Assembly (NCBI GenBank): GCA_964016885.1
Contig: OZ024743.1
Location: 29,636,001-29,700,000, forward strand
Length of the DNA: 64,000 nucleotides
Source: Eledone cirrhosa
Taxonomy: Eukaryota
Direction of reading: 5' to 3'
This document shows, in pieces, positions 13,176-27,120 of the stretch (positions within the stretch are counted from its first letter, which is position 1; every line of letters begins with the position of its first letter). A model generated the notes under the pieces. It was given only the letters and a program-made list of their open reading frames with translations, had not been told where the DNA came from and ran no database searches. Position numbers and translations under genes: made by a program.

Positions 13176-13914
13176 ATTTATGAATAGAAAATCGTATTCA
13201 CCTTAGAAAAAATTCCTATTACCTCAACACATTTTTTTAAAAATCATCATTTAGAAATATTTCTAAATAATGAAAATATTGTCTTTTTAAACGACTCGTA
13301 TTTTTCAAATCATATTCACTTAAAAATACTTATTAATAATTAAAATATTCTGTTTAAAGAAAGCTGAAATATATATACTCGGTGTACAAATAATTTGTAT
13401 TTTTTAAGTCATTTTCACTTAAGGATATTTTTTAAATATGCCAAGAAATATTTTTTTCCATCGTATTCACTTGAAAATAATTTAAAAGAAATGAAGATAG
13501 AGTCAATGTAAATAAAGCTATTTGTGAAATCAAATTCACTTTAAAATATTTCTAAATAATTGAAATATTCTTTTTAACAAAACAAAAGTATAAACACCTA
13601 CTATTTAACACCAACTGGTATTTTTCAGTGATATTCACTTAATGCCTTTCTGATAATTAAAATATCGTCTGTTTAACGAAAGCTCGAATATAGATACTTG
13701 AAATACAAGCAACTTGTAGTTTTGAAATCATATTCACTGAGAAATCACTGAACATTTTTTTTTATAATTATTAAACTATTTTCATCATTCGAGAAATATT
13801 TTTATGTCGATTTACGTCAAACCTGTATTATCCCCATTTCAGAGTTATATCACTTACAGGGCTATTTTTCCATTTTTCCATTGTGCACCTTTTTGGCTAT
13901 TTACGAAGGTATCC

Positions 13915-13982
<68 letters not shown>

Positions 13983-14821
13983 AATATATATATATATGCC
14001 TCTAACTTAAGTACTGTTACACACACATACACACACATGTCTCTAAGTACGTAATCACATGCACTGGCACACATACACATACGCACGGTGGCAGTATAAT
14101 TGTGAAAGAGAGAGAAAGAAATAACGTTATGGATAGGGGGAGAGATGAAATAAATAAAAGTTAAGGACGCTGTCTCTTTCCCTATCTGTCAACCCCCCTC
14201 TCTATGTCATCCCCTCACTCTCTCTCTTTCTCTCTCTCACCCCCTCTCTGTCTCTCTTACCTACAGAATGGACAACCAAAAACAAACGGATTATTTCTTT
14301 CGATATTCATTATAAAATAAGATAAATTGAATTTAGATGAATTCCTTGCTATTTTTTGGAAAATTGAAAATATTGTCCATATGCGATTTACGCCAAACTT
14401 GTTTTATTCAGAGTATTTTATCATTATGCAATGTTTTGGCTATTTACGAAGTTTTGCGGGTTATGTTAATTTCGAGGTATTTTCCCAGTATGCACCGTTG
14501 TGGCTATTTAGGAAGGTACCCCCAAAACCCACAAATCTCGGGAACCCGGGGTCAGATTTTCGCGAAACTTGTTTTATTCAATTTGTATTCCCATTTAAGA
14601 GGCAGCTTGCTTTCAAAGTATTTACCAATTATGCGCCCTTTTGGATGTATTACATAACAGACAAGCAAGCAAGCACGCAAGATGAGAGTTTTAGTATATA
14701 TATATATATATTTTTTTTTTCATTGAATAAAATAACAGGAGGCCGGACTGGTGAAACTCTTGAATTTTATTGTTGCAAACACAATATATATTTCACCAAA
14801 CTTCAATCAATGTCTACCCCC

Positions 14822-14853
<32 letters not shown>

Positions 14854-15272
14854 ATCACTCTCCTCCTTCTCTCTCTCTCTCCAAATATATAATATATATA
14901 TATATATGTGTGTGTTTGTATATATATCCCATATATATCTTCAGTGACCCTACAGACTGGTATAATAGTAAGAGGAACAGATCATTAGAGATAGAACGAC
15001 TGTTGAATTGGCCTATGTAAAAAGATACACATATTAGCTATTGCAAAAAAAAAGAGGAAAAAATTGAAAGAAACACCAACAATGTCAAACGTACACAGAA
15101 TTTGAAACATGTTATAAGGATAAATAGCAGCAGAGCTAGCTGACGTGAAATAATACACATATTGGCTGTAGCAAAGGCAGGTTTTAGCTCTCAGATACAA
15201 AATCCCGCATTTATGGAGTAGACAGAATGATATACTTAGCAGAGTAATTTATATATATACATATACATACAA

Positions 15273-15314
<42 letters not shown>

Positions 15315-15324
15315 GGAGAAACGT

Positions 15325-15381
<57 letters not shown>

Positions 15382-15389
15382 AGAAACGT

Positions 15390-15443
<54 letters not shown>

Positions 15444-16217
15444 CAAGTATATGAATAAACATAATATATATATATGTATATAGATATAAGTTAATCAAGC
15501 AATAGAACAATAAAAATATGATAATCAGCAAGTTGCCGTAAGCATATTTAGTTATTCCACAAGAAGATAAAAAGTATGAAATTGACTGAACGAATGCATT
15601 GGTACGTCAACGTATAAATGATGCAATCAACTGAAGCAAATAATGTATAACATAGAATAAATAAGCAACTCAAATAAGTTTTAGAAAAAACATAAATACA
15701 ACAGGATGCAATCACTGAACATAGCAACTAAATTACCCAATGTGGAACTATAATGTGAAATCAAGAACAACATTTCAAACACTATACATAGAACATCAAG
15801 CATGAAGCTGCCAATGTAAACGTAGAACCAACAAAGGTGTAATAAAGGAAACGCCGGCTGTAGACCACACTCTAATAAAACAACATTGGAAACCAGCAAA
15901 TAAAAAGTTTAGTCGTACAGAAATGAATGGGTTCCCCCCACGCCAATGAATATAAACTTTGAAAAAAGACTGAAATAAAATAGTTCCGTCCAGAAGATAG
16001 CAGCGGCGTGAAACACGAGGCATGAGAAGTAGAATTCAGTTTACATAAGCAAATATACTCAACATCACCACCACTATACATTGAGTAATATATCTCTCCG
16101 TTCAATTCAAACAGTGTGACAGACATGGACATATATAAAGAAAGACATAAATATAAAACTTCACACACAACCATACGCAAGCATATTTATACTCACATAC
16201 ATATACATTATATAAAT

Positions 16218-16269
<52 letters not shown>

Positions 16270-16895
16270 ATATATTAAATGTACACATTAAGATGATTTC
16301 ATCTTAAGTTGTATATTATGCTATTTAGTCGTTCGCCCATTTACTATAAATTTATTTTGATAAATTTTCTAAATTTCGTCTGACTTTCATATCTCTTTTT
16401 TAGGCAGTTCAATCCAATGTTTTCATATCTATTACACACCCAGTATTTATTTCGTATAACGTATTTATTTTATCTCTCATATATTACAAATATATCTTAT
16501 TCATTTTATCTTAATATGGCAGCTAGACGTCGGATGTTTAATATCTTATATATAATTTCTTTAATACTATTAATGATAATGCTAATAATAATAGTAATAA
16601 TAACCACAACAGCAATAATGATATTTTTGTTTTTATAACCAGATTATTTTCTCTTTTGTTTAAAGTGAATTACAAATTTTAGAAGAATATTTATTTTATT
16701 CTCAGAATTTATTCTTCTGTAAAGCTATATCGTTAGAAACGTAAATAATAAATAACTGCCGGGAAAGAAGGAGAGAGATAGAAAGATCTTATTTGAGGGA
16801 AAGAAACAATGATATGTTGTCCATTTGAAATAAATCGATTCGAAATTAAAACAAAAGAAAAAATATATTTCATGCAATCTTACATAAGTTTACAC

Positions 16896-16954
<59 letters not shown>

Positions 16955-17199
16955 TACATACACACACATACACACACACACATATATATATATATATACA
17001 TAAACAGACACACACATATATATATAGTTTACCCCTGTAATGAAACGTGTCCTGTATCACATTGCAAATTCAGCTTACGCTTAAAGGATACAATGAGAAT
17101 ATATCTGCAACATCCATTTTGTATCTGTCTCCTCTATTATAGGATTCAAAATATGTGTTGTTTGAGCCAGCAAACCTGTAAACAATTACATTTCATCTA

Positions 17200-17625
17200 T
17201 GTTTATGGGACTTAATTTCAGAATACATTATGCAAAATGGTAGGGTGTAATTTGAGCGAGATATGGTTTCTATTTCTAGCAGATCATGTGAACACATAGA
17301 GGTTATCGTGTCGGGTGTAGTTGTTAAGGCGCTAGAAAGACGGCTTTTATTTAAAACGACAAAGTATAATTGGAGTAAGATTTGGCTGCTATGTCTAGTA
17401 AGTGAAGCGAAGGTGTAGAACATGGATTCGGAGTCGATTGTTGAAACTCCTCCAGGAAGATGAGTCGTATAGCCATAAGTTCATATACTGCTACCTGTAC
17501 AACCTTCTACCATTTCGCTAACAAATAATTCTGAATATCGATTTTTAAATTCCACCGCCATTCGTAGGTTTGTCAAAGTGCTTTCAATACCTCCGGTCGT
17601 AGTCGAGTATCTTCTTCAGAGGGAG
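17200..17625 (-). pseudogene. Decayed PLE RT fragment preceded by a degenerate HHR-like motif
   Basis: Frameshifted VVLNK/AVFLA resembles IVLNKALFLA; upstream CTGAAGA-a-gatac...gtatt-GAAA. Confidence 0.35.
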
Positions 17626-17844
17626 ATTTATATTTCCTCTGATTGATTACTTAAATAAATATTGCGAGGCTAACAAGCGAGTAAGTATTCAGAAAGAGAA
17701 AGAAACAAACAAACATCGAAAGAAAGAAAAATAAAAGAGAGAGAGGGGAGAAATGTGTGTGTGTATGAGAACGGAATTTTGAACATGAAATTAGTTTATA
17801 AGGTGGAATGGAATAGACTTCCATTAGTTTAGCCGGTGAATTTT

Positions 17845-18190
17845 CCATTCCAGTGTTTGATCAATGGGATAGCTTGTTCATGAAATTAACGTGTAACTGG
17901 TTGAGACTTCCACAGATACCTGTATCCGTAAAGTAATTCTCATTGATTCTAATTTTAACACACTGTGTGACAAAGCTGATCCTTTAAATGACAGACACAG
18001 TTAATCCCACGATCCTCTGAACTGTTTCCATCTTTCCATTTTCACCCATAAGTCATCCACTTTCACCCATAAGTGATGTGACGATTCGTGACTGTGATAA
18101 ATAATATTTGTTCAAGATGGCTCGTAGTGAGATCGAATCTAGGACCAAATGATTGTGAAGTAAACTTTCTAATCAGTCAACTATGTTGAG
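17845..18190 (-). mobile_element. Second tRNA-derived SINE family, diverged
   Basis: Minus head with A-box-like tagttgactgattaga and B-box-like agattcgatctc. Confidence 0.4.
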
Positions 18191-18441
18191 TCAATATGAT
18201 TTATAAGGTACACAAAGCAGATACATCTCTTGTAAGCACAATGTAATCATCAAACACACAACACTCATAGAAAACAGTCGCACTTGAAATCATGCACTCA
18301 CATCGATAACCAAATGTGCGTTGAAATACATAATTGCATACAAATAACAGACAAAAAGTCTCACAGTGCATCTGACATGGCCTTAGTCTAATGACTAAAG
18401 TCAGTAAAAGAAAAATAATACTAGCATCTGTTTATGCATGA

Positions 18442-18503
<62 letters not shown>

Positions 18504-19974
18504 TAAAACGGGTATAGATTATACAGACACTACGCATTATAATTATATAACGAGACTATTACCATTTGCCTCCAGTCTGAGCATATTTATATATTCAACA
18601 AAATCATCCTACAAGTTGTATATCAATCAATTTCTAATAATTTATTGAATAATCGTGTTTCTCGCAATCCAAACATTACCTTGTATAGTGGAATTTATGA
18701 TAAATTTCATGGGCAGATTCTCTGACTACAGTAATTTACTTAAATATAATTCAGTCGATGTAGAATTATCTCTTTTGGTGTTTGTAATCCTTGGCTCTTT
18801 CGTAATTTCTAGAACTGAACTATCTAACATTGATTTATTGTATGGAAATATATTTAGAAATAAGAATGATATTCCTGTAATATTGTGCAGCGTTGGTCAT
18901 CGTACACTGTTGTTGTTTAGCCCAAGGAAAACTCTGTTTGAACCGACATGAACAAATGAATTTTAAGCGTGATAATTCCATGATTTTCATATGTACATGT
19001 ATCTACAATTATATTATCTGATGTGTCATTTTATGCAATGAAAGTTAAGTGACAAGAAACATGTTTTGCTGCTATTTCTAGAAGGATGTATGACTACATA
19101 GGGAATTTCATCTTGGCAATACATTGGTAATGTTCTTGGTGAAAGTACGCTGGTTATTTTGGATGGAGTGATGATCATGTGTTATTTGCCTCAGTGTCGT
19201 AGAGATTTTATTGACGAATATTTATAAATGTAGCATATGCCGCATGATAACTCACCTTGATCAGTGCTCTCTTATATTATCATTTACCGTGGTAACTGGT
19301 CTTTGGACAGCCAGAAATCGAAAAATTCGTCTAAAATTTACAGCTATTTATAACAGTAAATTATATTCTATAGTGGCGTCTACTTGCAGGAAACCGCGTT
19401 AGTAATGTTGGCAACTGAATACAAATTAGTGAGGCTTCAGCTTGTAGCTAGCCACATATCGACATAGCCATCATTGAATTCTTGTATTGTTAGGTGTTAG
19501 TGGAAGAAATATAATGTCTTATTATTGTCTTACATTGTTACACGTGTAGTCATTTTCCATTTCTATATAAATATTATCGGTGTAAGAGGACTAATACTCC
19601 TTCAAACTAGCAATCAAAATTCAGCGGTAGATTCTGCCAGTCACAGATGTACCTGTAATGTATGTAGGGTGCCGATAAATGGATTGTATTTAGCGTACCA
19701 ATGGGAAAAGAGAGAAACGGGAATACAATGAATATGGCGTGAATATATGTTGTATTTTCATCATGCAGAGATAAAGAATACAAAAACAATGTGTTCTACT
19801 GCAACAAAATATCAACGCTAATTTCTTTCTCATTGTCTCCTTTCCCCAGTGTCAGTAGCATGAAAAGAAATTATGGGATTTGTAAAGCCTTTATTTTAAT
19901 GTAGATATAGCAAATTAGATTAACAATAGTGAAATAATATGCCGAGAATAAAGGTGAAATATTAGCAAGAGAAC

Positions 19975-20260
19975 TTTTCTTTTTCTTGCCGTGTCCATAA
20001 GAGTTTCAGTTACAGAACTAGGCTGGATGTGGTTCCGCCACTGCCGTACACATTGCTGCCCTTTCTCATTAAACTCTGCCAAGCCTAATGCTGAGCAGCA
20101 GCGTTCCAGTAGGAGGAATATCAGGAGGTGCTGCGTAGTCTGTGGTCCGATGTCACATCCCCATGTTGCAAGAGTGACTTTTGCACGTCCAACACCAGAT
20201 CTTAGCCTTTTAGGCCACAAAAGCAATAGAGTAAGATGCATGAAGACGCAACCGAATCGG
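19975..20260 (-). mobile_element. 3' fragment of a Vingi/Ingi-like LINE
   Basis: RLRSGVGRAKVTLATWG..QTTQHLL...CVRQW C-terminal pattern, then gacacggcaagaaaaagaaaag tail. Confidence 0.55.
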
Positions 20261-20505
20261 TAATGCCAGGAGACAGACAGTATAATTATCACATCTATGG
20301 ACGGGCTTACAAAACAATAGCTGGTATGTAAAGTCACCTGCATGCATATGATTGTGCAATGTTCAATGAAGGGATGGCACTTTTGACAAGAAGTAGCAAT
20401 CAACCCTACCACATACATACATATGAGGGTCATGTTGCCAATAAGAAACACACGCACCAGCTGCTTTCACTTCAATTTATTATAATAAATTTATAAATTT
20501 CCGGT

Positions 20506-20871
20506 TTGGTTGGTTGGTTCCACAACCGTATTAACTGTAAAACTAGAAATGTAGTATATAGCATAAAATGTACTGAAGAACAATGTAGAGATAAGAATAT
20601 AGTGTACATAGGTGAGACAGCTCGTAGTATAGAGGAACGGATAAATGAACACTGGCGAGACCTTCAAGATAGTAAAGAATCATCTGTACTCTACCAACAT
20701 GCTAAAATAGAACATAAGAGTAAATTAGAGAACATAGAAATAAAAATAGAATCTACACACCGTAAAGACGCAATGTTTAGACAAATAACAGAGGCAATAA
20801 ACATAAATGAACTCCAACCAAAATTAAATAGAAAACATGAATGGAATAGCAACATCACAACTTACAATTAA
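20506..20871 (+). CDS. PLE GIY-YIG endonuclease domain, 5'-truncated
   Basis: INCKTRNVVYSIKC...YIGETARSIEERINEH...LYQHAKIEH...RQITEAININELQPKLNRKHEW. Confidence 0.85.
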   Translation: MVGWFHNRINCKTRNVVYSIKCTEEQCRDKNIVYIGETARSIEERINEHWRDLQDSKESSVLYQHAKIEHKSKLENIEIKIESTHRKDAMFRQITEAININELQPKLNRKHEWNSNITTYN

Positions 20872-21061
20872 GGACAAAATGAAAACACACACGCACATAG
20901 AACAAACAACCAACCAGTAACATGTAAATAAACAAATAAATAAACAAATATAAACACACACAGGCACCCGGATGCGCAAACTAAGCACACAACACACAGA
21001 AAAACAAGATGGCGTAGGACAGAGCAAAGGAGAGGCACAAAAACAAAGAAAATAATACCCA

Positions 21062-21104
21062 GTCACTGAAGAGGTCACAGAATGTGTGACGAAAGATCTT
21101 TGAC
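21062..21104 (+). ncRNA. Minimal type I hammerhead ribozyme
   Basis: gtca-CTGAAGA-g-gtcac-agaatgt-gtgac-GAAA-GATC-TT-tgac; palindromic stem III AGATCT. Confidence 0.85.
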
Positions 21105-21539
21105 AATATATAAACAATCATCTGGTTGTGGAACCAACCGGAAATTTATAAATTCCTAAATTTATAAATGTATTATAATAAATTGAAATGAAAGCAACTG
21201 GTGCGTGTGTTTTTTATTGGCAACATGAGCCTCCCAAAGTATAACAATATCGGTTTCAACACACGTTTTCAGATAAAGAATTTTGCTAAACAAATTCAGA
21301 AACGAAATACATATATATATATATATCTATATTGATCATTTCATGTATAATTATTCGACTCAATGTATATTGAAATAAATTTCTTTCGAAATATTGAAAC
21401 CATCAAACTTCTACAACCTTCATGACATATTTATAATATTGACATTAAACCAAAAATTGAATGTTATTCTTGATTGAACTGATGCCATACAAGCCAATTT
21501 AGTAGTAGAGTAAGTGTTATATTCTAGAATAAAATAAAT

Positions 21540-22110
21540 ACTGATTAACAATGGCTATTGGAGCAGACTATTGGACTCCGCCACAGCTGAATACAGGCAT
21601 AAATTCAATGCAACAAACGTCTCAGATATTACGTCCAATAAAAATACCCCACATCACACATTAAGAGAATGCATACAAACTATAGAACAGAAGAACAAAT
21701 AATTAAATTTCTAATGAAACATAACATAATGTACATCAAACCCAACCATATATTAACATTAACAATATACTAAAAAGATCTAAAATCCAAACCCTTCCCA
21801 CCAATAAGAAACCACAAGTATATAAATGCAAGAATAAGCTACAAATCCCCATTTTGATTTATGAATTAGATTGCAAAAAGCAAAGCTATCATCTTTATAG
21901 CTAAACCTGTTACATGGAACATACACATGAAAGCTCATATGCATTTACAACCAGGAGCAATTGCAACACAAAACCCCAAGCAGCACAAAACAAAACTAGA
22001 TAAGTAATATTAAGGAACAATATACATCAATATTATACAGAATTCGTCTCATCGAAGAGGTACTCATATCACAGTTCAATACTAAATTAAACCCAGAAAC
22101 AAAATAAATG
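21540..22110 (+). pseudogene. Decayed PLE GIY-YIG remnant
   Basis: LIYELDCKK...RLIEEVLISQFNTKLN pattern with frameshifts. Confidence 0.4.
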
Positions 22111-22394
22111 CGTCATAAGCGAACTAGATACACGACTGATAACTGGTGAAGAAATATTCAATTTCAAATTGTGTTGATACAGCCAACTAAATCCCCGTGA
22201 ACCGTATTTCATAAATTAATTTTATCTACAATAAAAGAGATAGAAAAAACGCCAACAATATTTCTCAAGCCAACGAGATCATGGAAGCATAGAAACATTG
22301 ATTTAGAAACAATTTGTTCAAAACGTGCGGCAAATAACTTATAAAGGAAATACGAAAAAGCTTATGAGTCAAACCTTGAATATATTGGTTTTTA

Positions 22395-22560
22395 ATTTAG
22401 CCATAAAGCCAGCAATTTGGTGGGGAGGATATCCCTAGTATTTAACTGGTACTTTAATCTATCGACCCTGAAGGTTGAAAAGGAAATTTGTCCTACGCGA
22501 GATTTGAACTCGGAACGTAATGAACTGGAACAAATACTGCTAAGTAGTAGTCATGTACCG
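22395..22560 (-). mobile_element. tRNA-derived SINE copy
   Basis: ctggtactttaatctatcgaccctgaagg...gatttgaactcgg. Confidence 0.65.
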
Positions 22561-22759
22561 AATAATATAATGAGCCTATCGTCACATCGGCCCATGTAAA
22601 CAATATTTCCTGTAATTTTTCCATTGCTTTTAGTGCATGAAAATCAGGATCGATCTCTGTCAGACTTGAACACCGTGTGCAGAGAGAAAAAAACAACAAA
22701 AACCAGAATATTTAATCCGAAGCTCAGCCAAATCTACTAATATATATATATAGATTTAT

Positions 22760-23190
22760 TGGGCTCAACAAGAGAATTAAACTCTACTCTCTCCAATGTT
22801 GTCGTGCCTAAATGACGTTGGCATCAACTTTAAAATCCACACAAAAGGCTTGGTCCCTGTATTGTCCGCGATGGACAATAATCGAACCTACATATAATAA
22901 CAACATTACGTCACAAATATTTCACTTCAACTAATCATTTGGCTTTCTTTATTATCATACCAAAATACATCAAAACAAAAACACATCCCATAAAATTCAA
23001 AATGTATCTGGATAAATTTCTTCAAGGAATGCCATATAAGTCGTCTGCTTACATCCATATATGTCAGCGAAAGCAATAACTCACGACTGAGGTGTGAATC
23101 ATGGTTTGAAAGACTTCGGCAGATGGTGGTACTAAGTTAGGAATGGTCTGGGGCAATACTGGAAAAAGCCTATTAAAGTTATCAAAGTTA
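22760..23190 (+). mobile_element. 3' fragment of a CR1-group LINE
   Basis: IPKYI...KFKMYLDKFLQGMP...SNNS C-terminal pattern. Confidence 0.5.
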
Positions 23191-23192
23191 TA

Positions 23193-23450
23193 TATAGTTT
23201 AGTGAATTGGTCACAGGGTTATTTACTTTGGTAAACGCCACTGCAAGCCCACCACTAATTTAATTCGATACAGATATAATAAGATTAACAAACTCGCTCG
23301 GGAGTGAACTGTCCGAGAGCCGGTCGCCATATAAGCCAAGATGTCTCTTTTCTCCCTCCTTTATAATCCCTAGACCGGAAGTTAAAGGAATTCTCTACAA
23401 TTCAACGGGAAGTAACTCCAGCCACTCCACTTTGTCCAGATAACGCTACA
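23193..23450 (-). repeat. Putative 3' LTR
   Basis: Begins TGTAGCG downstream of the integrase stop, contains TATAAA, ends CTATA. Confidence 0.5.
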
Positions 23451-24250
23451 AGACACCGCTCTCAGACGAGAAGTCGAATGACAAACCGAAGGCTATTGTA
23501 GCGAGAGAAAAATGTTAATGCCAACATGGGCTAAACATACACAGTTTTTGACAGCTTACTTGGCCATTTCACTGATCTGCCACTTCGTGTGACATAAGGT
23601 TGTGTGGTATGTGGTGTTTGCGGTGGAGGGGAAGGTGTTGGTGTGGGAGTGAATGTGCGAAGTATGTCAGGCAATGAAGTGAGACTTTCAGAGAAAGCCT
23701 TCTTTGCTCTGTCAATGGATATTGTCTCTTTTCGACCATTGACAGCCACTGTGAAATGTTTGGGTGTGTGCGAAAGCACACGAAAAGCTCCATTGTAGGG
23801 TGACGTAAGTGTTCCCTTGACGGAATCATTCCGTAAAAATAATATGTGTCCACGTAGAGATGTCCGATGAGACAGCAGAAGAAAAAAACTGGTCACGAGG
23901 GTTCATTGGTGGAAGATCCGAGAAATACGAACGAATCCTGGTGACATATGATGCTGGGTCAAGATGCGATGAATCCACCGGTGCTAACATTTCTCCAGCA
24001 AGAGTCAATGTGATACCATAAAGAAGTTCAGCAGAAGAAACACCTAGATCTGTCTTAATGGCCGAACGACAACCAAGAAGGACGATTGGCAAAAATTCGG
24101 TCCAACGTTGCGGATCAGGAGTAGCGCGAAGTTCAGCTTTCAACTGTCTATGAAACCTCTCCACCATTTCATTCATAAACGACGTGGCTGAGAGTGTCCA
24201 GCGCAGTAAAATTGGACTCCAAGCAGACCATATATGAAGTATGATGAGAA
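23193..24250 (-). mobile_element. Gypsy/Ty3 LTR retrotransposon 3' fragment (integrase C-terminus plus 3' LTR)
   Basis: MVERFHRQLKAEL...WTEFLPIVLLGCRSAIKTDLGVSSAELLYG; SPYNGAFRVL...TISIDRAK; VTRSGRSVKWP. Confidence 0.88.
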
Positions 24251-24749
24251 CCACTGCTTTAAATCAACATCGAAGCATTTACGCAATCCATTCCAGATTA
24301 CTGCTATTCGGTAGGGTATAATTATCTGCTTCAAAGCAGGTTTATGTTACAATCCGAAATAGTCGAATGGAAAATGGCTCCAGACGCTTATATACCCATC
24401 TAGTTCGACCATATGTCATAGTAAAAAAAACCTGCCTTTTAACACATTTTTTACACATGTGGAAATATCATAACCCACTCTTTAGTTCGAAAATATACGA
24501 TTGTTTATACACACACTTATATATATATGTATTTGTGTTCACGTCTGAGTGAGTGCGTGTGTCTGTATGTATGTGTGTGTGTGTGTGTATATGTATGTGT
24601 GTGTGTGTGTGTGCGAGTGTGCGTATATGTGCATCTGTGCCTGAGTATGTACGTGTAAATATACTTACATAGATGTTTCACATATAATATACCGACGTAA
24701 TATATATAAACACGTGAACACATTAACCATATAAACACACACATACATG

Positions 24750-24796
<47 letters not shown>

Positions 24797-25320
24797 TGAT
24801 TGTACTACATTTGGTGGCGTATAATCTGCTATGAATTGTGGGTGTGGTGTAAATGGTAAATGGTATTCGATCTTGATATATATTTTTTATAGAATTTATA
24901 ATATTATATAATAATATTCGGTCTTGATTGCATATTCCTTATAGAATATTTATTCCAATTCTGTATCATGTGGAATCTCGATTACAGTGGCTCGATAAAT
25001 AATTATCAACCATTCAATGATTCAATATTTCTCTTCTTCGCAGAAAGACAGTAAAGTGTCTTCTATATATTCTGATTTAATGTTTACTTTGCTCGGTCTG
25101 AGATTCAAACTAATGTATTTTTCATGATTTATATTTCATCTACATAAACATTCCATGCCAAGGGAATACAAAGACAGAGAAACAAGTATAATGTTATCTT
25201 TAAAGATTTTCTGTTTTACTAAATATATATATTATATGGAACTTAAAATGGTCTATATTATTATATCAAGATTATTTTACGGTGTATATATATATATTAT
25301 ATATATAAATGAAAGGTATA

Positions 25321-25470
<150 letters not shown>

Positions 25471-25511
25471 GTATATATATATGTATATCTATATCTATAT
25501 CTATCTATCTA

Positions 25512-25578
<67 letters not shown>

Positions 25579-26387
25579 GTATATATATATATATATGCAT
25601 ATATTTAAATATATTTATATATATATATGCATGTATTTAAATATATTAACATATATATATATATATATTTTTATGCGTGTTTGTATGTCTATATTCACAC
25701 ATTAGTCTATCGGAAAACGAAACATTGTGAGATCATAAAGGCAATTTTATTCAGTCATATTGAGAACCTCAAAGATTTAAAAATATTGTCATTTTACGTG
25801 GCCGGATCTTTGTGTCTCTTCAGCTCCTATAAAAAGTCCTTATATACGGCGTCAGATGTCTATTTGGTTTTCGTTTTCCTGCACTGATTTCCGATAAATG
25901 ATTTACAGCAACGCACATGAAGATTTAGAAGAATAGAAAACAAGGCTCCCTTGATTTATAATATCTGTTTGATGCTTTTTTCCTTTTCCTTAAATGATTT
26001 CCTATTTATCAATATTAAAGAGAAATCTTTGATGCATGTTTTCAGCAGTCTTATTTTATCTTTTCTCCCACAAATTCTGTTGGATTTGAATAACATTTAA
26101 TAGATTAAATATGAAAGACTTCTGGAAGATATATTGTAGTTTTTTTTTCCTCCATAGACGAAATGTGTTTCATTTATAGGCTACAATGAAAGGAGTTTGC
26201 TTGATAGTGATGGCTTTTCGAAGAGAAATACAGACTTCATTCAAGGAAAAGATATCTAGAAAAAATCTTCAAACTTATTCTCAGACTTCAGTTACTGAAT
26301 ACTAAACATCTACGAAAGAAATATACATTAGATTTATCTCTATATAGCTCTAGAATGAGCACTAGAGGATCAATATGCATAGGTATG

Positions 26388-26470
<83 letters not shown>

Positions 26471-26640
26471 TGTATCTGTATTATTTTTGACCGCCGATCA
26501 GTCAATGGCAGCATTGAGGACCGAGTAAGTTAGATCACAGATATAAAAGACAGCAAGAAGCGAAAACCAACCAAACAGTGAGTGTGTTCTGTTATTAATT
26601 CTGGCAATATTACGCAAATATGACCCTCCCCAAATATAAC

Positions 26641-26673
<33 letters not shown>

Positions 26674-26683
26674 GTATATATAT

Positions 26684-26715
<32 letters not shown>

Positions 26716-26728
26716 GTATGTATATATT

Positions 26729-26879
<151 letters not shown>

Positions 26880-26905
26880 CTATTATGTATTTATATATAT
26901 ATACA

Positions 26906-26960
<55 letters not shown>

Positions 26961-27029
26961 GTATATATATATATATTTATCCTTATCGAACCCTCTTTGG
27001 ATTTTAGTCTTCAAATTTATTATTATTAC

Positions 27030-27120
<91 letters not shown>

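Larger units (their letters stand above)
10642..14700 (-). mobile_element. Helitron, internal deletion derivative
   Basis: Minus 3' end has hairpin tgacccaacgggtca then cgggtggtCTAG|T; 5' end TATACTAAAACTC in (TA)n; RepHel fragments inside; diverged internal repeat 11081-11170/14488-14578. Confidence 0.85.
20425..21233 (+). mobile_element. Short 5'-truncated PLE (endonuclease plus HHR) flanked by ~100-bp inverted repeats
   Basis: 20425-20527 is inverted at 21124-21233. Confidence 0.8.

Noticed and set aside
17575-17625. Minus-strand CTGAAGA...GAAAGCACTT hammerhead
   Set aside because: Stem I cannot form, so it is treated as decayed
26471-26641. Solo LTR (TG...TATAAAAG...TAACA)
   Set aside because: No partner copy or target-site duplication is visible, so evidence is insufficient
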